Positions 30,013 through 43,270 of a stretch of DNA of 64,000 bases are shown in pieces. The DNA is from Octopus vulgaris (Eukaryota): the NCBI GenBank assembly GCA_951406725.2, contig OX597820.1, positions 26,908,001-26,972,000 of the forward strand, in the 5' to 3' direction. The stretch's first letter is position 1, and each line of letters starts with the position of its first letter. The position numbers and the translations under genes were made by a program. A model generated the notes under the pieces. That model worked only from the letters and a program-made list of their open reading frames with translations. It was not told the origin of the DNA and did no database searches.

Positions 30013-30300
30013 TATGATAATTAGCAAATTCAAAACTGAATTTATATCTATGTACGAAACAATGGTATGGATGGATAAACTTCTCACAACTTTTTAACAT
30101 CCTATCCCCTCTATTTTTGACAAATATGATTGAATTTGTTGAACTTCATTCCATAAATTAATCATACACTTAATATTCTAATACTACTTTTCATATCTTC
30201 GCCAATTTATACCATTAAACGCTCAGCAGAGTATGATGAATCAATGTTAGAAATCTTTTTTGAAACCACTCCAATTAAAGTACTAATCCACATTCAACCT
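30011..30300 (+). mobile_element. Penelope-like 3' end / pLTR
   Basis: IISKFKTEF resembles the end of Penelope ORFs; GAGT-ATGATGA...GAAACC-ACTC hammerhead-like motif. Confidence 0.45.
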
Positions 30301-30350
30301 TTTACACTCGCAGATGTGTACATATGTAGGTATGCATGCATACATACATA

Positions 30351-30446
<96 letters not shown>

Positions 30447-30459
30447 TATACATACATAT

Positions 30460-30504
<45 letters not shown>

Positions 30505-30553
30505 TATACATACATATATACATACATATATACATACATATATACATACATAT

Positions 30554-30600
<47 letters not shown>

Positions 30601-30603
<3 letters not shown>

Positions 30604-30780
30604 AAAAAGTCAAGGTAGAAAATGCTAAAATAATATTATAAAAAGCATTTCAGTACCGGTTTCGGTCATTGAGACTTTTTCAACTGTATGTATGGAAAAC
30701 AATTAAATTTTGGAAAAATTAAATGAAAAGTACTTTAAAAGAATATTTGCATAGTATTCAAATACAAGGGGCATTTTCCT
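30601..30780 (-). mobile_element. Penelope-like pLTR fragment with minimal hammerhead-like motif
   Basis: Minus strand CAG-TTGAAAA-AGTC-TCAAT-GACC-GAAAC-CG-GTA-CTG at 30651-30686. Confidence 0.55.
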
Positions 30781-30838
30781 TGTTTCTGCCTGTCTCTGTT
30801 TCTCTTGTAAGTTGGAGATCATTGTGAATTCTTAGCCG

Positions 30839-30913
30839 AGAAGAAGAAGAAGAAGAAGAAGAAGAAGAAGAAGAAGAAGAAGAAGAAGAAGAAGAAGAAG
30901 AAGAAGAAGAAGA
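30839..30913. repeat. (GAA)n microsatellite
   Basis: Direct inspection. Confidence 0.98.
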
Positions 30914-33129
30914 AAATAATGCGGGAGTGCTATGATAATTACACAGTCATGCAAGAAATCTTTGGGTCAGTCCTATTGCATGATATACTTGAGGACATTC
31001 TTTTTTCCTATGACGATATCAAGGTGACCTAAGCATTGTAAGTGCAAGTCAGTAGATGGAAGCAGCGTGGAAGCGCATTGAATGAATTTTGCATGTTGCT
31101 GAATAATGTATCGAATGAAAACCCTGTTTTAATACTATCATATGACCCCTGGGGGCATTTAGCATAACACACTCTGTAGCAGTCTCCAGTGTGAGAACTT
31201 CCTCCTACATTCTAAATCCTGAAAAAGTCTAAGAAAAGAAAACAAAAAATAGAAGAAAAGAAGAAAAAAAGAGAAGAAATAAACAGAAGTTAAAAAAAAG
31301 GAAGATTTTTATTGGCCTGAAAACTAAACAAAATTCAAACTTCACTATCATTTCTCTTTTCACTGATGACTGATATTACGTCTGTACTTCAATAAGTTGT
31401 AATTTTCGTTTTGTCAGATAAACAGTTCTTTCTTTCTTTTTTTTTGCATTTTGGCACAATTTGAAAAGAGATTTGAAAGAAGGGAGGAATAAAGAAGGTT
31501 GATTCAACGCCAATACTCAACATGTACTTATTTTAAGGACGTAGAAAAAAATCGAAGTGAAAAACAACCGCAGTGCGATTTGATTTTAGAAAACTAATAC
31601 ATAAAGCTAAATACCAGAATTTTACACGACGTTTAACCGAGCCTGGTGCTACACTAGTGTTTTATTTGCTATTAAATTATAAACGATAGTTCTAAGACAA
31701 TAATACCTTGCCTTGAAACCATTAAATATGTTTAAACTAATAGTCACTAACAGCAAACACACGAGACTAACAGATTGCATTGCATGCTTAATAATGGCCT
31801 CCCAAAGCATTAAAAAAATAAAGAAGAATAGAGCGATGGGCACACTGTTTGCTTTATGAAATCACACACGTAGAATTCGAAAGTCGATTCAGTAAATATA
31901 ACTAATTGTAGGATTAAGAGAATGGAAAATAGATTAAAATTATCACTTATGTTCTTGTATGTATCATCTCCTCCACGTCAGTGTTCATAATGTTTACAAC
32001 CTTATATATTCCGGCCAAAGATTATGGAGTCAATATATAATCTTATATTGCCATTCGAACATAAGAAAAAAAGGTGATAGAAACGAGAAAGAAAAGTCGT
32101 AAAAGGAGAAGAAACTTTAAGGCTAATTTGTATTGAGAATTCCAAGAGCTATTTCCTTTGTGTCAGCTCTGAAAAACCAAAATTCATAGCAGAATTTTAT
32201 TATGTCGAGTTCGAATATAAAAAGTACTTATACAATTTCCTTTGCACATATCCTATCTTATGGAGTCGATTGTGAATATGGTAAGTCTAAAAATAAGAAA
32301 TCTATAGAAATAGCTTTGTACGTTGTCTTCATAGTTACCATTCAAGAAGTGTTGAAAAAGTATTACGTTTGATAGCAAATATCAATGTGTTTGATAGCCA
32401 GTGGCAATTCCAAGCCCGATTTTATTAGGTTTTACAACAGGAATCTTACTATAAGCTAGAATGTTTTTTCTCTTTATTTTCTTTTCAATAAAACATTTTA
32501 TAGACATGGGATTTTTCAAACAAGGTGATTGCTGCTGCTACCGTTGTTAAGTGTCGCGAGAGATTTAACTCTCAGTGATTTTCGTGATTTCATGATCTAA
32601 CAGGAAAAATTTATTGAAGTGGTCTCCTGTTTCTCGCTACATGTAACTCTGTTACATGACTTCAGGTCAAGACTTTAAGCTTATGAAATGCTAGTAAGTT
32701 ATAACGGTGTTGTCTTGTACTAGCAACTAACAACTACCTAAGTTCCTGTTCATAGTTTCGCGGATAAGTGCAATTAAATTAAACATTTTGGCTTGGAGAA
32801 CATTTTTAGCGCGACAAGGACGGGAGAAAGTTCTGAAGAAATTTCGTTTGTTTTTAACGGAAGTACATTGTTCTCGTAATGTTCAATGAAGGCCGCTTAA
32901 ACCATTACAAAAATTAAAGAAACCGAAAAGAGCAATGGAAGCGATGTTGGCTCTCTGCACATATGTAAAGTATAAAAGTCTATTAATATAACTTATAGGT
33001 TTATTATGAGCATAGATTATTGATTACATTCTTGTATGTTTCATATGTTTTGTAAACCCACTGATTATGACTTCCCACTGTCTATCTACAATCAATATTA
33101 AACCCATTTTTCTGGCAAGTATGGGAGAT

Positions 33130-34500
33130 AACTCCGAATGTGTTTCGGTGTTATTCTGATTGAAAATATTTCCAATGTTATTGGTAGAACTCCAAACATC
33201 TTCCGGAGAGCATAGTTGATTAATTTGACTCAAGTATTAGACTGATTCCGTATTTTATCAACCTTACAAGTATGAAAATCAAAGTTGATTCTGAGAGGAT
33301 ATAACTAAATATGGCAATTCATTCTGCTTCGAGCACAAACCCACAACCCGTTAATAAAATGATTTCTAATTTTAGCACAGTGCCTGAAATTTTATAGGAG
33401 ACGAATAATCAATTACATTTGACTTGCACTTTATTTTAGTTAGCCCGGAGATGAGAGATTGAAAGGCAAAGTTGATCTTGGCGGGATTTGAACTAAGAAC
33501 CTACAAAAGTCGTAAATTAGTTATTTAGTATTCCCCTGCACTAAATATACCAATACTAACTTAAATATTGTTGTTTACATTTATGGCGTCTCTGAGTTAT
33601 GCAAAAATATATAATTACAGACATTGAAAATATATTATCAAACGGTGAGCCAGAGATTTAAAAAAATACTTAATTTAGATTTTTACAAAATCCATATTAA
33701 TGTATGAAAGGCTTGAAAAACGAATTATTCATAACTTTCTTATACATAAATATGATTAATAAGACAGGCTAAGCAATACTTTTCTATGTTATTTTCTGAA
33801 TTTTTATATTAAAACATATTGTTTTTTTTCTCTGAAGTTAAAATTTGACTCAAGGTGAGTACTTTTAAAGAAGGAAATAATTCAATTGCATCAACCCCAG
33901 TTCTCGACTGGTATTTATTTTACCGACCTTGAAAATATGAAAGGCAAAGTCGACCTCAGCAAAATTCAGTTCGTTAGGAGCGGGAAGAAATGCCGCTTAG
34001 CATTTTTTGTGCCACGTCCTAACCATTCTGCCAGCTCGCCGCTTTTCAATAGTTCATATAATCCTTTTTACTCTAGACACATGTCCTCAAAAATCAATAT
34101 AGTTATCTATCCAATACGCTCATGGCCTGAGATTTTGGGGAACTTCCTTTTATCGACCCCGAAACTATGTAAGGCAAAGTCGACCTAAGCAGAATTTGAA
34201 TTCAGAAAGCAAAGAGCTTGAAGAGATGCTGCCAAGAATTTCATCTGACAAGCTAACAATTCTGCCAGCTAGCCATCTTTTATAAACCAATATAATCCTT
34301 TCTATTCGTTTGTCTTTATGTTCTGAGTTCAAATTACGCCAAGGTCGACTTTGCCTTTCATCCTTTCCGGTGTCGATAAATTAAGTACCAGTTGCGTACT
34401 GGGGTCGATATAATCGACTGGACCCTCCCACAAAATTTCGGGCCTTGTGCCGAGAGTAGAAAAGAATATAATCTTTTCTATTATAGGCACAATGTCTCAG
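33130..34500. mobile_element. Cluster of degenerate SINE B fragments in both orientations
   Basis: Repeated GAAAGGCAAAGTCGACC / GTCGACTTTGCCTTTCATCC cores. Confidence 0.75.
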
Positions 34501-37064
34501 AAACCAATGTAATCAAATTGAAATAAAAGAGTGAAGAACGGAAGTATGGAAGACAAAACAAGTAATTACATTTTATTTTGTATGTTTACATTTCGAGGTT
34601 AATGCCTCTTTGTCAGGATAAAAAAATAGAGGATGGTGTCGCAATGGTTTCTTTTACTCAGGTGTAAGGGTCTTTTAAAACTTTTCAAATAAAGAGTGCT
34701 CCATTAATTTCAAACTTGCAATACGAAGCATTGTTCATTTTATTTGATTTCTTGTATGACACGAAGTTAAAGCAATAAAAAAACTATTAGCGAATTTATA
34801 GAAGATTAAATTATACCGAGGTAACGTTCTACTTTCATTGCGAATGCTTCATAAAGTTAAAGAAGGCACTTCCTTTAACAAGTTTCACGAAAAAGGAAGC
34901 ATGTCTACTATTGCCTTCCGTACTTGGCATGATAAAATAAAAAAAATAATGTCGGTCACCGATTAACATTACATTTGCTTTGTAGCTTGTCGGATGCCGG
35001 ATGGCTTTATTTCTAATGTACCAAGCATTAATTATGCTTTCATCTACATCCATTGAACAATTAATTGTTATGCAGGCGACTTCCTAAAGCAGTGGATGAA
35101 GAGAATCATTAGAGCGTCGGTTAACGTGCTTTGCAGAAATTTAGTTCCGACTATTTCAGTTCAGAGTTCAAATCCTATCAAGGTTATATTTGTTTTTTTT
35201 TTATCTCCCGGTGGAAATAAATCACCATTCTCTCAGTTAAATACTGTGAAAAGGGAGATTTAATCGACTGATACTGGTATTTTTCAGGTTTCTTCAAGTA
35301 GGAAACTACGGATGAAAATTACGGGTGAATCTTCTCAGTGCTGTTTACTCTTTAAGGGCTGATTAGGGTATAAACTTGTCAGTATTCCTTTGCAGAGTAG
35401 CATCCTCAGGTATTATTAGCTTTAAAGGACATAAAAGATAAACGAGATATGCGGTGTGTCTGTCATCGTATTCAAAGCAAGAGAATGAAGTTGAAGTCGT
35501 TTATTCCTCAACTATAAAATTTCAGGCACTGTGCTAAAATTAGAAATCATTTTATCAATGGGTAGTGGGGTTTGTGCTCGAGACAGAATCAATTGCCTTA
35601 TTTAGTTATATCCTCTCAGAATCAACTTTGATTTTCATACTTGTAAAGTTGATAAAATACGGATAAGTATAAAGTATCCTAGTACAACTTAGAATCGAAT
35701 TAGTTTGAGAAAACATTTACCAAAATAGCTGGTTGTTTTAAAAGAAACCGAATATTTTTATTTATTCAAAACTGAATTTTGTATCGTGGAGAGGTTTTTA
35801 ACGAAGTATTATTTTGAAGTTTAAAATTTCCTTAGTTCTCGGTTTTAAACTTCTTTAGAGAGTTAATAATACAGGTATTTATATAATTTTTGCTGAATAT
35901 TGTCAAACAAGAATGTGGTATAAGAGACTAAAATATTTTCATGAGAAAAAATATTTAAAAAGACTTGAAGCACTTAATAAATTTTTTATATTTAAAAATC
36001 TTTCCTTTTTAAAAACAAAAAAAAACAAACAAACAATCAAACAAAACCAAACAAACGAAAAGAGATTTACATTTATTTTAATAGAGTATTACACAAGTTT
36101 GCTTAAAATGCAGAGGATTATGAATTACATTTTCCGTTCTAAATTTATTCTTTTTAAAATGCATGTGAAATTATAAGAAATATATATATTTATTTAAAAA
36201 TCACCGGAAGAAAGAAAGGAAGAAAAACTATTTTCCCTGCTGAGAAATCTAATGGCATTTTTTTATGGCGAAGTTGGAAAAATTCCGGAATTGCGTGGGA
36301 TAACTAGGATAAGATAAAGAAGCTACTCTAAAAAATATATTAATGGATAATTCAAGGGAAAGAACACAGTGATTCGTTTTTTTTTCTTCTTTTTCTCAAA
36401 TGAAATAAGAATTCTTAGAATTTTCAATATATATTGACAAAGCAAAAATTAATAAAAAATAAAACAAAATAAAAATGAAACTAGTTAATCACCAGAATAA
36501 ATGCCTTATCACAAGTGGATCCCGTTCATTATCCTTAGTGGCTATGTAAGTGCTAAAACATTACTAGATCACTACCCCACGCCGTCCAACCTTCCCAGAG
36601 AGCTTTTTAAATCTTTATATATTTAGACATATATTTACTTTAACTAGATTCCCCGTCGAGTCTTACATGAGTAAAAACAAACAAACAGAAATTAATAAAT
36701 AAAAAGAAATCATCCTATGTATTTCTTAATTAGTTTCTCTAACTCATTTACTGATTTTCCACTTGAAATTTTTGCACTTTGGGTTACATAGATAGTTAAT
36801 AGCTTTTTTCAGTTCATTATATACATAGCCACGGGGATTGATATAAAACCCAATTTGTCAATACAAAATATAGTTTATGTGTGTTATCATGTGTCTGAAT
36901 ACAAATGCGAGTAGTTTTAAGATGATACACATAAAATATATTACAAATATACGCAAAAGAATATAATTACAAACGCGTGTGTGCATTCTCACAAACACAT
37001 ACGAACATACGCATATATGTATATATGTATATACATATATACATGTATATATGTATGTATAAAT

Positions 37065-37118
<54 letters not shown>

Positions 37119-37366
37119 TCATATGTATGCACGCAAGCAAGTACATTTGTTGTCACAACAAATATTTTGCTGTTTAGACAAGTTTTAAGCCGCCACGAAC
37201 GCGCTAACAAGAACAGGACTGCTGATAATTTTAATCTTTCTGGCTATAATCAGCCTTATTTACTTATTGACTGACGGGCCTAAAAGATGGCCTGTAGAAT
37301 GCCAGTCTTTTCCTCATTACATAGAGATTGACAAAAATATTTGGAAACAAACTCTTTTTTTACACT

Positions 37367-37697
37367 TTTTACTCTTTTACTTGTTTCAGCCATTTGACTG
37401 CGGCCATGCTGGAGCACCGCCTTTAGCCGAGCAAATCGACCTCATGATTTATTCTTTGTAAGCCTTGTACTTATTCTATCGGTCACTTTTGCCGAACCGC
37501 TAAGTTACGGGGATGTAAACACACCACCATCGGTTGTCAAGCGATGTTGGGGAACAAACAAAGACACACAAACACACACACACACACACATATATACATA
37601 TATAGACGATAAGTTTCTGTCTACCAAATCCACTCACAAGGCTTTGATCGGCTCGAGGCTAGAGTAGAAGACACTTGCACAAGGTGCCACGCAGTGG
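37367..37697 (-). mobile_element. SINE A, 5'-truncated
   Basis: Family A body and tail. Confidence 0.9.
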
Positions 37698-38309
37698 AAG
37701 GGACATAATTTAGCTATTATTCAACACTTTCCTCCTTTAACACTGTTACACAGTTGCATCAGCAAATGGAGGGACGTGACCTAATTGTTAGAGTGTTGTA
37801 TACTTGATCGTAAGGTCATAGTTTCGATTCTGGCCAGGGCTGTGCATTGTGTTCTAGAGCAAAATGTTTCGTTTTCTGTTTCTCCATTCTGCTATATTAG
37901 GAAGTCCACGATGGACCGGCGCCTTCCTCACTCACAGTAGAGTGTTGTGATCTCAATCTTTAATACGCTATAGAGACTGTATTAAGTACTGGCCTTAAAT
38001 GAACTACCATCATTTCACAAACAGGATACATAATTTCAGAGATCACATTATATTCGTGTGTTTTAATGATATTACCATGAGATCTTTGTCTGGCGAGTTA
38101 CATGACGACCTCATAAGTGTCGGCGCTACGAAAGGAAAAAACAACAACATATGCTCCACTCTGTGGAGGTTGGCAACTGAAAGGACATCAAGAAACTATT
38201 GCAAAGCAGACGTTGAAGCTCGACGCTGTCCTCCGGCTTCTCAGCTCCAGTCGAATTGCCCAGCCAATGCTGGCATAATAACAATGATTATGATCATGGT
38301 TAATTAATA

Positions 38310-39602
38310 TTAGGTTGTCAAGAAAGTTCTTGCGGAATTTTTAATTTTGGTTTTAAATAATGTATTTTCAAAGTAATTTTCATTAAATTACTTTGACCTT
38401 ATATCATTTTAAAGCCCGATTTTCGCTCTGTCTAATGGTGTTACTCTTTTTCTTTTTGAATAATTAGCCATTTTTTCTGGAACGTTGAATACACCATGGA
38501 CAAAAAGCAAATTCGCACAATTTTCTTATTCCAGTTCAAGCTAGGCCGAAAAGCTGCTGAAACAGCTCGCAATATCAACGATGCGTTTGGTCCAGGAACC
38601 ACTAATGAACGAACAGCACAATGGTGGTTCAAGAAATTTCGTAGCAGTGACGAGGGTCTTGAAGATGATAAGCGTAGTGGTCGGCCATCGGATGTTGACA
38701 ACGATCAACTAAGAGCCTTAGTCGAAGCCAATCCACGTACAACTGTTCGAGAGCTTGCTTTTGAATTAAACGTAACGTATGCGACAATTTCCAATCACAT
38801 GAAAGAGATTAGAAAAGTAAAAATACTTGAGAAATTGGTGCCGCACAAATTGAACGGCAACCAAAATATAAAGAAAAACAAGAAACAACAAAAAACGCCG
38901 TTTTGAAGTGTCGTCTTCTCTTCTTTTACGCAACAAGACCGACTCGTTTCTCGACTGGATTGTCACTTGCGATTCTTTACGGCAACCGGCGACGCTCAGC
39001 TCAGTGGTTGGACGCCGACGAAGCTCTGCGGTACTTTCCGAAGCCAAGTTGCTCCAAAAGAAGGACATGGTGACTGTTTAGTGATCTGTGACCGGTCTCA
39101 GCCATCATAACTTTTTGGATCCGGGCGAAGCCATTACAGTGAAGAAGTAGTGTCCGCAAATGGATGAAATACATAAGAAACTCCGACAACAGCCAGCATT
39201 GGTCAATAGAAAAGGACTAATTCTTCTCCTTGACAACGCTCGGCCGCATGTCGCACAACTAAACCTGCAGAAGTTGAACGAATTGGACTACGAAACTCTG
39301 CCTCATCCGCCATACTCACCAGACCTCTCGCCTACCGACTACCACTTTTTCAAGCATCTCGACAACTTACTGCGTGAGAAATACTTCGAAAACCGAGACA
39401 AAGCCAAACACGCCTTCAGCGACTTCATCGCTACCAGAACGCAAGATTTATACGCTACTGGCATAAATAAACTTGATTCGCGTTGGCAAAAGTTTGTCGA
39501 TTCTTATGGTGTTTATTTCGATTAATAAAGTTTTGTTTGAGCCAAGCTATGTGCATCTGAATTTAAAGGTTAAAAACCGAAAGAACTTTCTAGGCAACCA
39601 AA
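38310..39602 (+). mobile_element. Full-length mariner (cecropia subfamily, Hsmar1-like), ~1.29 kb
   Basis: TA|TTAGGTTGTCAAGAAAGTTCTTGCGG ... CCGAAAGAACTTTCTAGGCAACCAAA|TA imperfect TIRs with TA TSDs. Confidence 0.95.
38496..39525 (+). pseudogene. Mariner D,D34D transposase pseudogene
   Basis: MDKKQIRTIFLFQFKLGRKAAETARNIN, LVPHKL (WVPHEL-like), IVTCD, DNARPH, YSPDLSPTDY; broken by stops, an A-rich insert at ~38866 and deletions. Confidence 0.93.
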
Positions 39603-40018
39603 TATATTCCAGTGTCAACATAAAATTCGAAGACAAGATGAAGTATTTTTAAGGGGTTACGTTTATCGGACTACAATAAAAAGGGAAGGTATACAACAAT
39701 TGTTTCTGATTGAAGCATAAGGTGAGCCAACTAACAACCTTTGTCTAACTTCGACGAGATTCGAACTCAGAATGTAAAGGGCCGAAAGATACTGAAAAGA
39801 AGTTTGTCCATTGCTTTGACAATTTTGCCAATCCAATCCATCTGCGAAAGGTAGTAATTGAGGAAGATATTAACAAAGCAAAACATGACATACAGAATTG
39901 ACGTCTTACAGAGCAGAATTATTAAATAAAAGCTGTCACTTTGGACGTTAAACTAACCTCTTATTTGTTGTTTACCAAGGAAATATATTCTATGTAATTG
40001 AATGACTGTATCTTAATT

Positions 40019-40386
40019 TTGGGAGAAGGGGCCAGTCGATTGGATCGACCCCAGTACACAGCGGGTACTTAATTTATCGACGCCGGAAAGGATGAAAGGT
40101 AAAGTCGACCTCGGCGGAATTTGAACTCAGAACGTAGCAGCAGACAAAATACCTATTTCTTTACTACCGACAAGGAGCTAAATACAGAGGGAACAAACAA
40201 GGACAGACAAACGGATTAAGTCGATTATATCGGCCCCAGTGCGTAACTGGCACTTAATTTATCGACCCCGAAAGGATGAAAGGCCAAGTCGACCTTGGCG
40301 AAATTTGAACTCAGAACGTAAAGACAGACGAAATACTGTTAAAAATTTCGCCCGGCGTGCTAACGTTTTTGTCAGCTCACCGCACT
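40019..40386 (-). mobile_element. Dimeric SINE B with 17-bp TSD
   Basis: ATGACTGTATCTTAATT at 40002-40018 and 40387-40403; duplicated core separated by the tail module. Confidence 0.9.
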
Positions 40387-40544
40387 ATGACTGTATCTTA
40401 ATTAAAATACTCCAAAGCTTGGCAGCGAGTTACATATAGTTACACAGATATCGTTACACATAGTTATATATATATATGACTACAACGATAAGGCTTGCAA
40501 CAAAGGCATGCATCTACTAATTTTGGTAGATATTAAAGTAGATT

Positions 40545-40870
40545 TAAGGCGGTGAGCTGGCGGAATCGTTAGCACGCTGGACAAAATGCTTAACAGCACT
40601 TCGTTCGTCTTCACGTTCTGAGTTCAAATTCCACCGAGGCCAACTGTTCTTTAATATCTTTGGAGGTCGATAAAATTACAAGTTGAACGCCGAGGTCGAT
40701 GCAATCAATTTACCTCTCCTCCGAAATTGCTGGCCGTGTGCCAGAATTTGAAACGAATATCAAAGGCGATTATATTGATCCGATTACTTGTCTGGTACTT
40801 ATTCTATTCTCAGGAAGATGAAAGACGAAGGTTACCTTGGCGGAATTTGAACTCAAAATGTAAAGAGACG
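40545..40870. mobile_element. Older SINE B monomers (plus, then minus)
   Basis: AAGGCGGTGAGCTGGCGGAATCGTTAGC head; TTCTGAGTTCAAATTCC B box. Confidence 0.8.
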
Positions 40871-41275
40871 TAACTATGCCGTAGGGCTTATTGATTCACC
40901 GCTCTTTGTTCTTGGTATCAATTTACGCGAATATTGCGTTGCATAAATATGCCTTGCTGAATTGACTTGAAACATTAGATTGTTTTAATGACTGTTTTAT
41001 GGCATCGTTGTAGATAATGGTGAACGAATTGCTAAGAAAAAAATAGGATCAATAGGATCAAAAACATAAAAAAACCCCAAAAAACAAAATGACTCCCGCC
41101 TCTCACGAAATAAACGTTTACTTTTACCAAACAAAACAAGACAAAAAACGATGTTGTCCCTTATCCAGATTTCCTTTCTGCCCATACTCTTGGGGGAGTT
41201 TAAGAAGGTCATGAACGCAGCTTCCGGCGGTGCCCTATGGCCGCAGTTCTCTTGCTGAAAGTAGTTAAAGAGTAT

Positions 41276-42065
41276 AGGCGCAGGCATGGCTATGTGATTA
41301 AGAAACTTGCTTTGCATTCACTTGTCTTCGGGTTCAGTCCTACAGCGAGGCACTTTGGGTAAATGTCTTCTACTATAACCCCAGGTCGATCCTATCCTTG
41401 TGAGTGAATTTCAGAGACGGAAACTGAGTGGCATCCTGTCGTATATATGCGTGTGCATGTATATTTGTGTGTGTCTTTGAATTTGTTTGTCGTCCACCTC
41501 CGTTTGACAACCGGCGTTGGTTCTTTTTTTAAGTCTCCGTAACATAGCGATTCAGCAAAAGAGAGCGATAGACTATCTACCAGAGTCCATTTGCTCGACT
41601 AAACACGGTAAAGTGGGGCACGAACACTAATATAAAGACACACACACGATGGATTTCCTCACAATTTTCGTCTACCAAATTCACTCACAATGCAGTAGTC
41701 GGTCCGGAGCTATAGTAGAAGACACCAGTTCAAGGTGCTGTGCAGTGAAACGGAACCTGAAACCACGTGGTTGCAACGCGAACTTCTTAACCATACAATT
41801 ATGCTTGCGCTTAACGCGGAGGCGTATGGCTTGGAGTTTAGAAGTGTTGGACTAATGCTCATAAGATTGTGGTTTCGATTCCTGGACCGGGCGACGCGTT
41901 GTATTCTTGAGCAAGACACTTCATTTCACGTTGCTCCAGTCCACTCAGCTGGCAACAATGAGTAATCTTGCAACAGACCGGCGTCCCGTCCCGTGGGGAT
42001 CAATATATACGCCACGGGAACCGGAAAACCGGCCTTGTGAGTCTATATGACTCGGGAAAGGCTTT
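41276..42065. mobile_element. Old SINE A copies (+ 41276-41602, - 41645-41811) and a CORE-type SINE (+ 41818-42065)
   Basis: Family A motifs; TTGAGCAAGACACTTCATTTCACGTTGCTCCAGTCCACTCAGCTG core. Confidence 0.8.
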
Positions 42066-42102
42066 TATCTTAATGTATACGAATCACCAATCTTTTGGCT
42101 TA

Positions 42103-42257
42103 TTGTACAGTTCCTTATTCACCTAGACATATTTCTAATAATATTGTACAGTTTGTACAGTTCCTTATTCATCTACACATATTTCTAATATAATTCCTCT
42201 TTCACCTACACATATTTCTAATATAATTCCTCTTTCACCTACACATATTTCTAATAC
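42103..42257. repeat. Short minisatellite, ~33-bp unit TTCACCTACACATATTTCTAATATAATTCCTCT
   Basis: About four copies of TTCA(C/T)CTA(C/G)ACATATTTCTAATA. Confidence 0.85.
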
Positions 42258-42936
42258 CAGAAGCCATTAGTGAAGTGAGAGCCAACATACTATGTCCTGT
42301 AACAGAAGAAAATTAAAAACAAATTCTTAATTAAAAAAGTGTTACTTCTACGTTTTGTTTACGAGAATCAACCATCAACAGTTAGAGGTTGTTGGATGCT
42401 TAATGAACCGTGTAACTGTTGACGTGCAAAGCAATTTAACATGTCCAGGCACAGCACTGTCGGTTAAACTTCAACAATTATGTTAAGATAAAGTAAGAGA
42501 TATAACAAAATATTCAAAATAAACTGTTTTATAGTTTTAGATATTTCGTTTTTTTTATATTTGGTCAAAATTCTTGATTTGAATTCGCACGTTGAAGCAG
42601 ACTTTGTTGCATCTCTGGAGAGTCATTATACCAATAAAAACACATCCACTGGTTCAATTTTACTTCTTTATTATACTTTCATTGGTTAGGTTTTTTTCTT
42701 TGTTATCAAATCGACGAATAATGAACTGAAGTTGAACCTGTGTGGGTGTTTACTATTAGCATAAAACAACAGTTTTAAATATTTCTTCTGAAATGCAATT
42801 ACGAATTTTCAGAGCTCTATCTGTCGGGAAGTGGCTTTGATATGAGAACTCATCTCGAAACTGATGCAATTACATCATAGAGGAACCAGTTTAACCAGTT
42901 AAGACACACATGCACACACATACGCTCTCTCTCACA

Positions 42937-42970
<34 letters not shown>

Positions 42971-43270
42971 CTCTCTCTCTCCCACACACACTGTTTCTTT
43001 CTCTTTTTCTGTCTCTCTTCTCACATACAGGCACACACATACACACCGACACACTCATGCTTTTCATTGATTTCGTTGGGTGTCAGTCAGAAATTACGTC
43101 GCACCACTGCGACCTAGTCATTGATATAATCCCAAAAGCAAATTTACAAAATAATTTCTGAAGTAGTCGACGTTCCTACGAACATACTCAGTTTAGTATT
43201 TGGAAGGACCGAAACAAAGATTACTCTATAGAAAACTGTACAGTTACGCAAGTAATATAATTGTTTCTGT

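Noticed and set aside
30920-31220. Strong minus-strand splice acceptor at ~31218
   Set aside because: Pyrimidine tract comes from a GAA/A-rich low-complexity run, and the downstream sequence looks like decayed SINE.
38496-39525. SETMAR gene
   Set aside because: No SET domain; TIR-bounded free transposon with disabling mutations.
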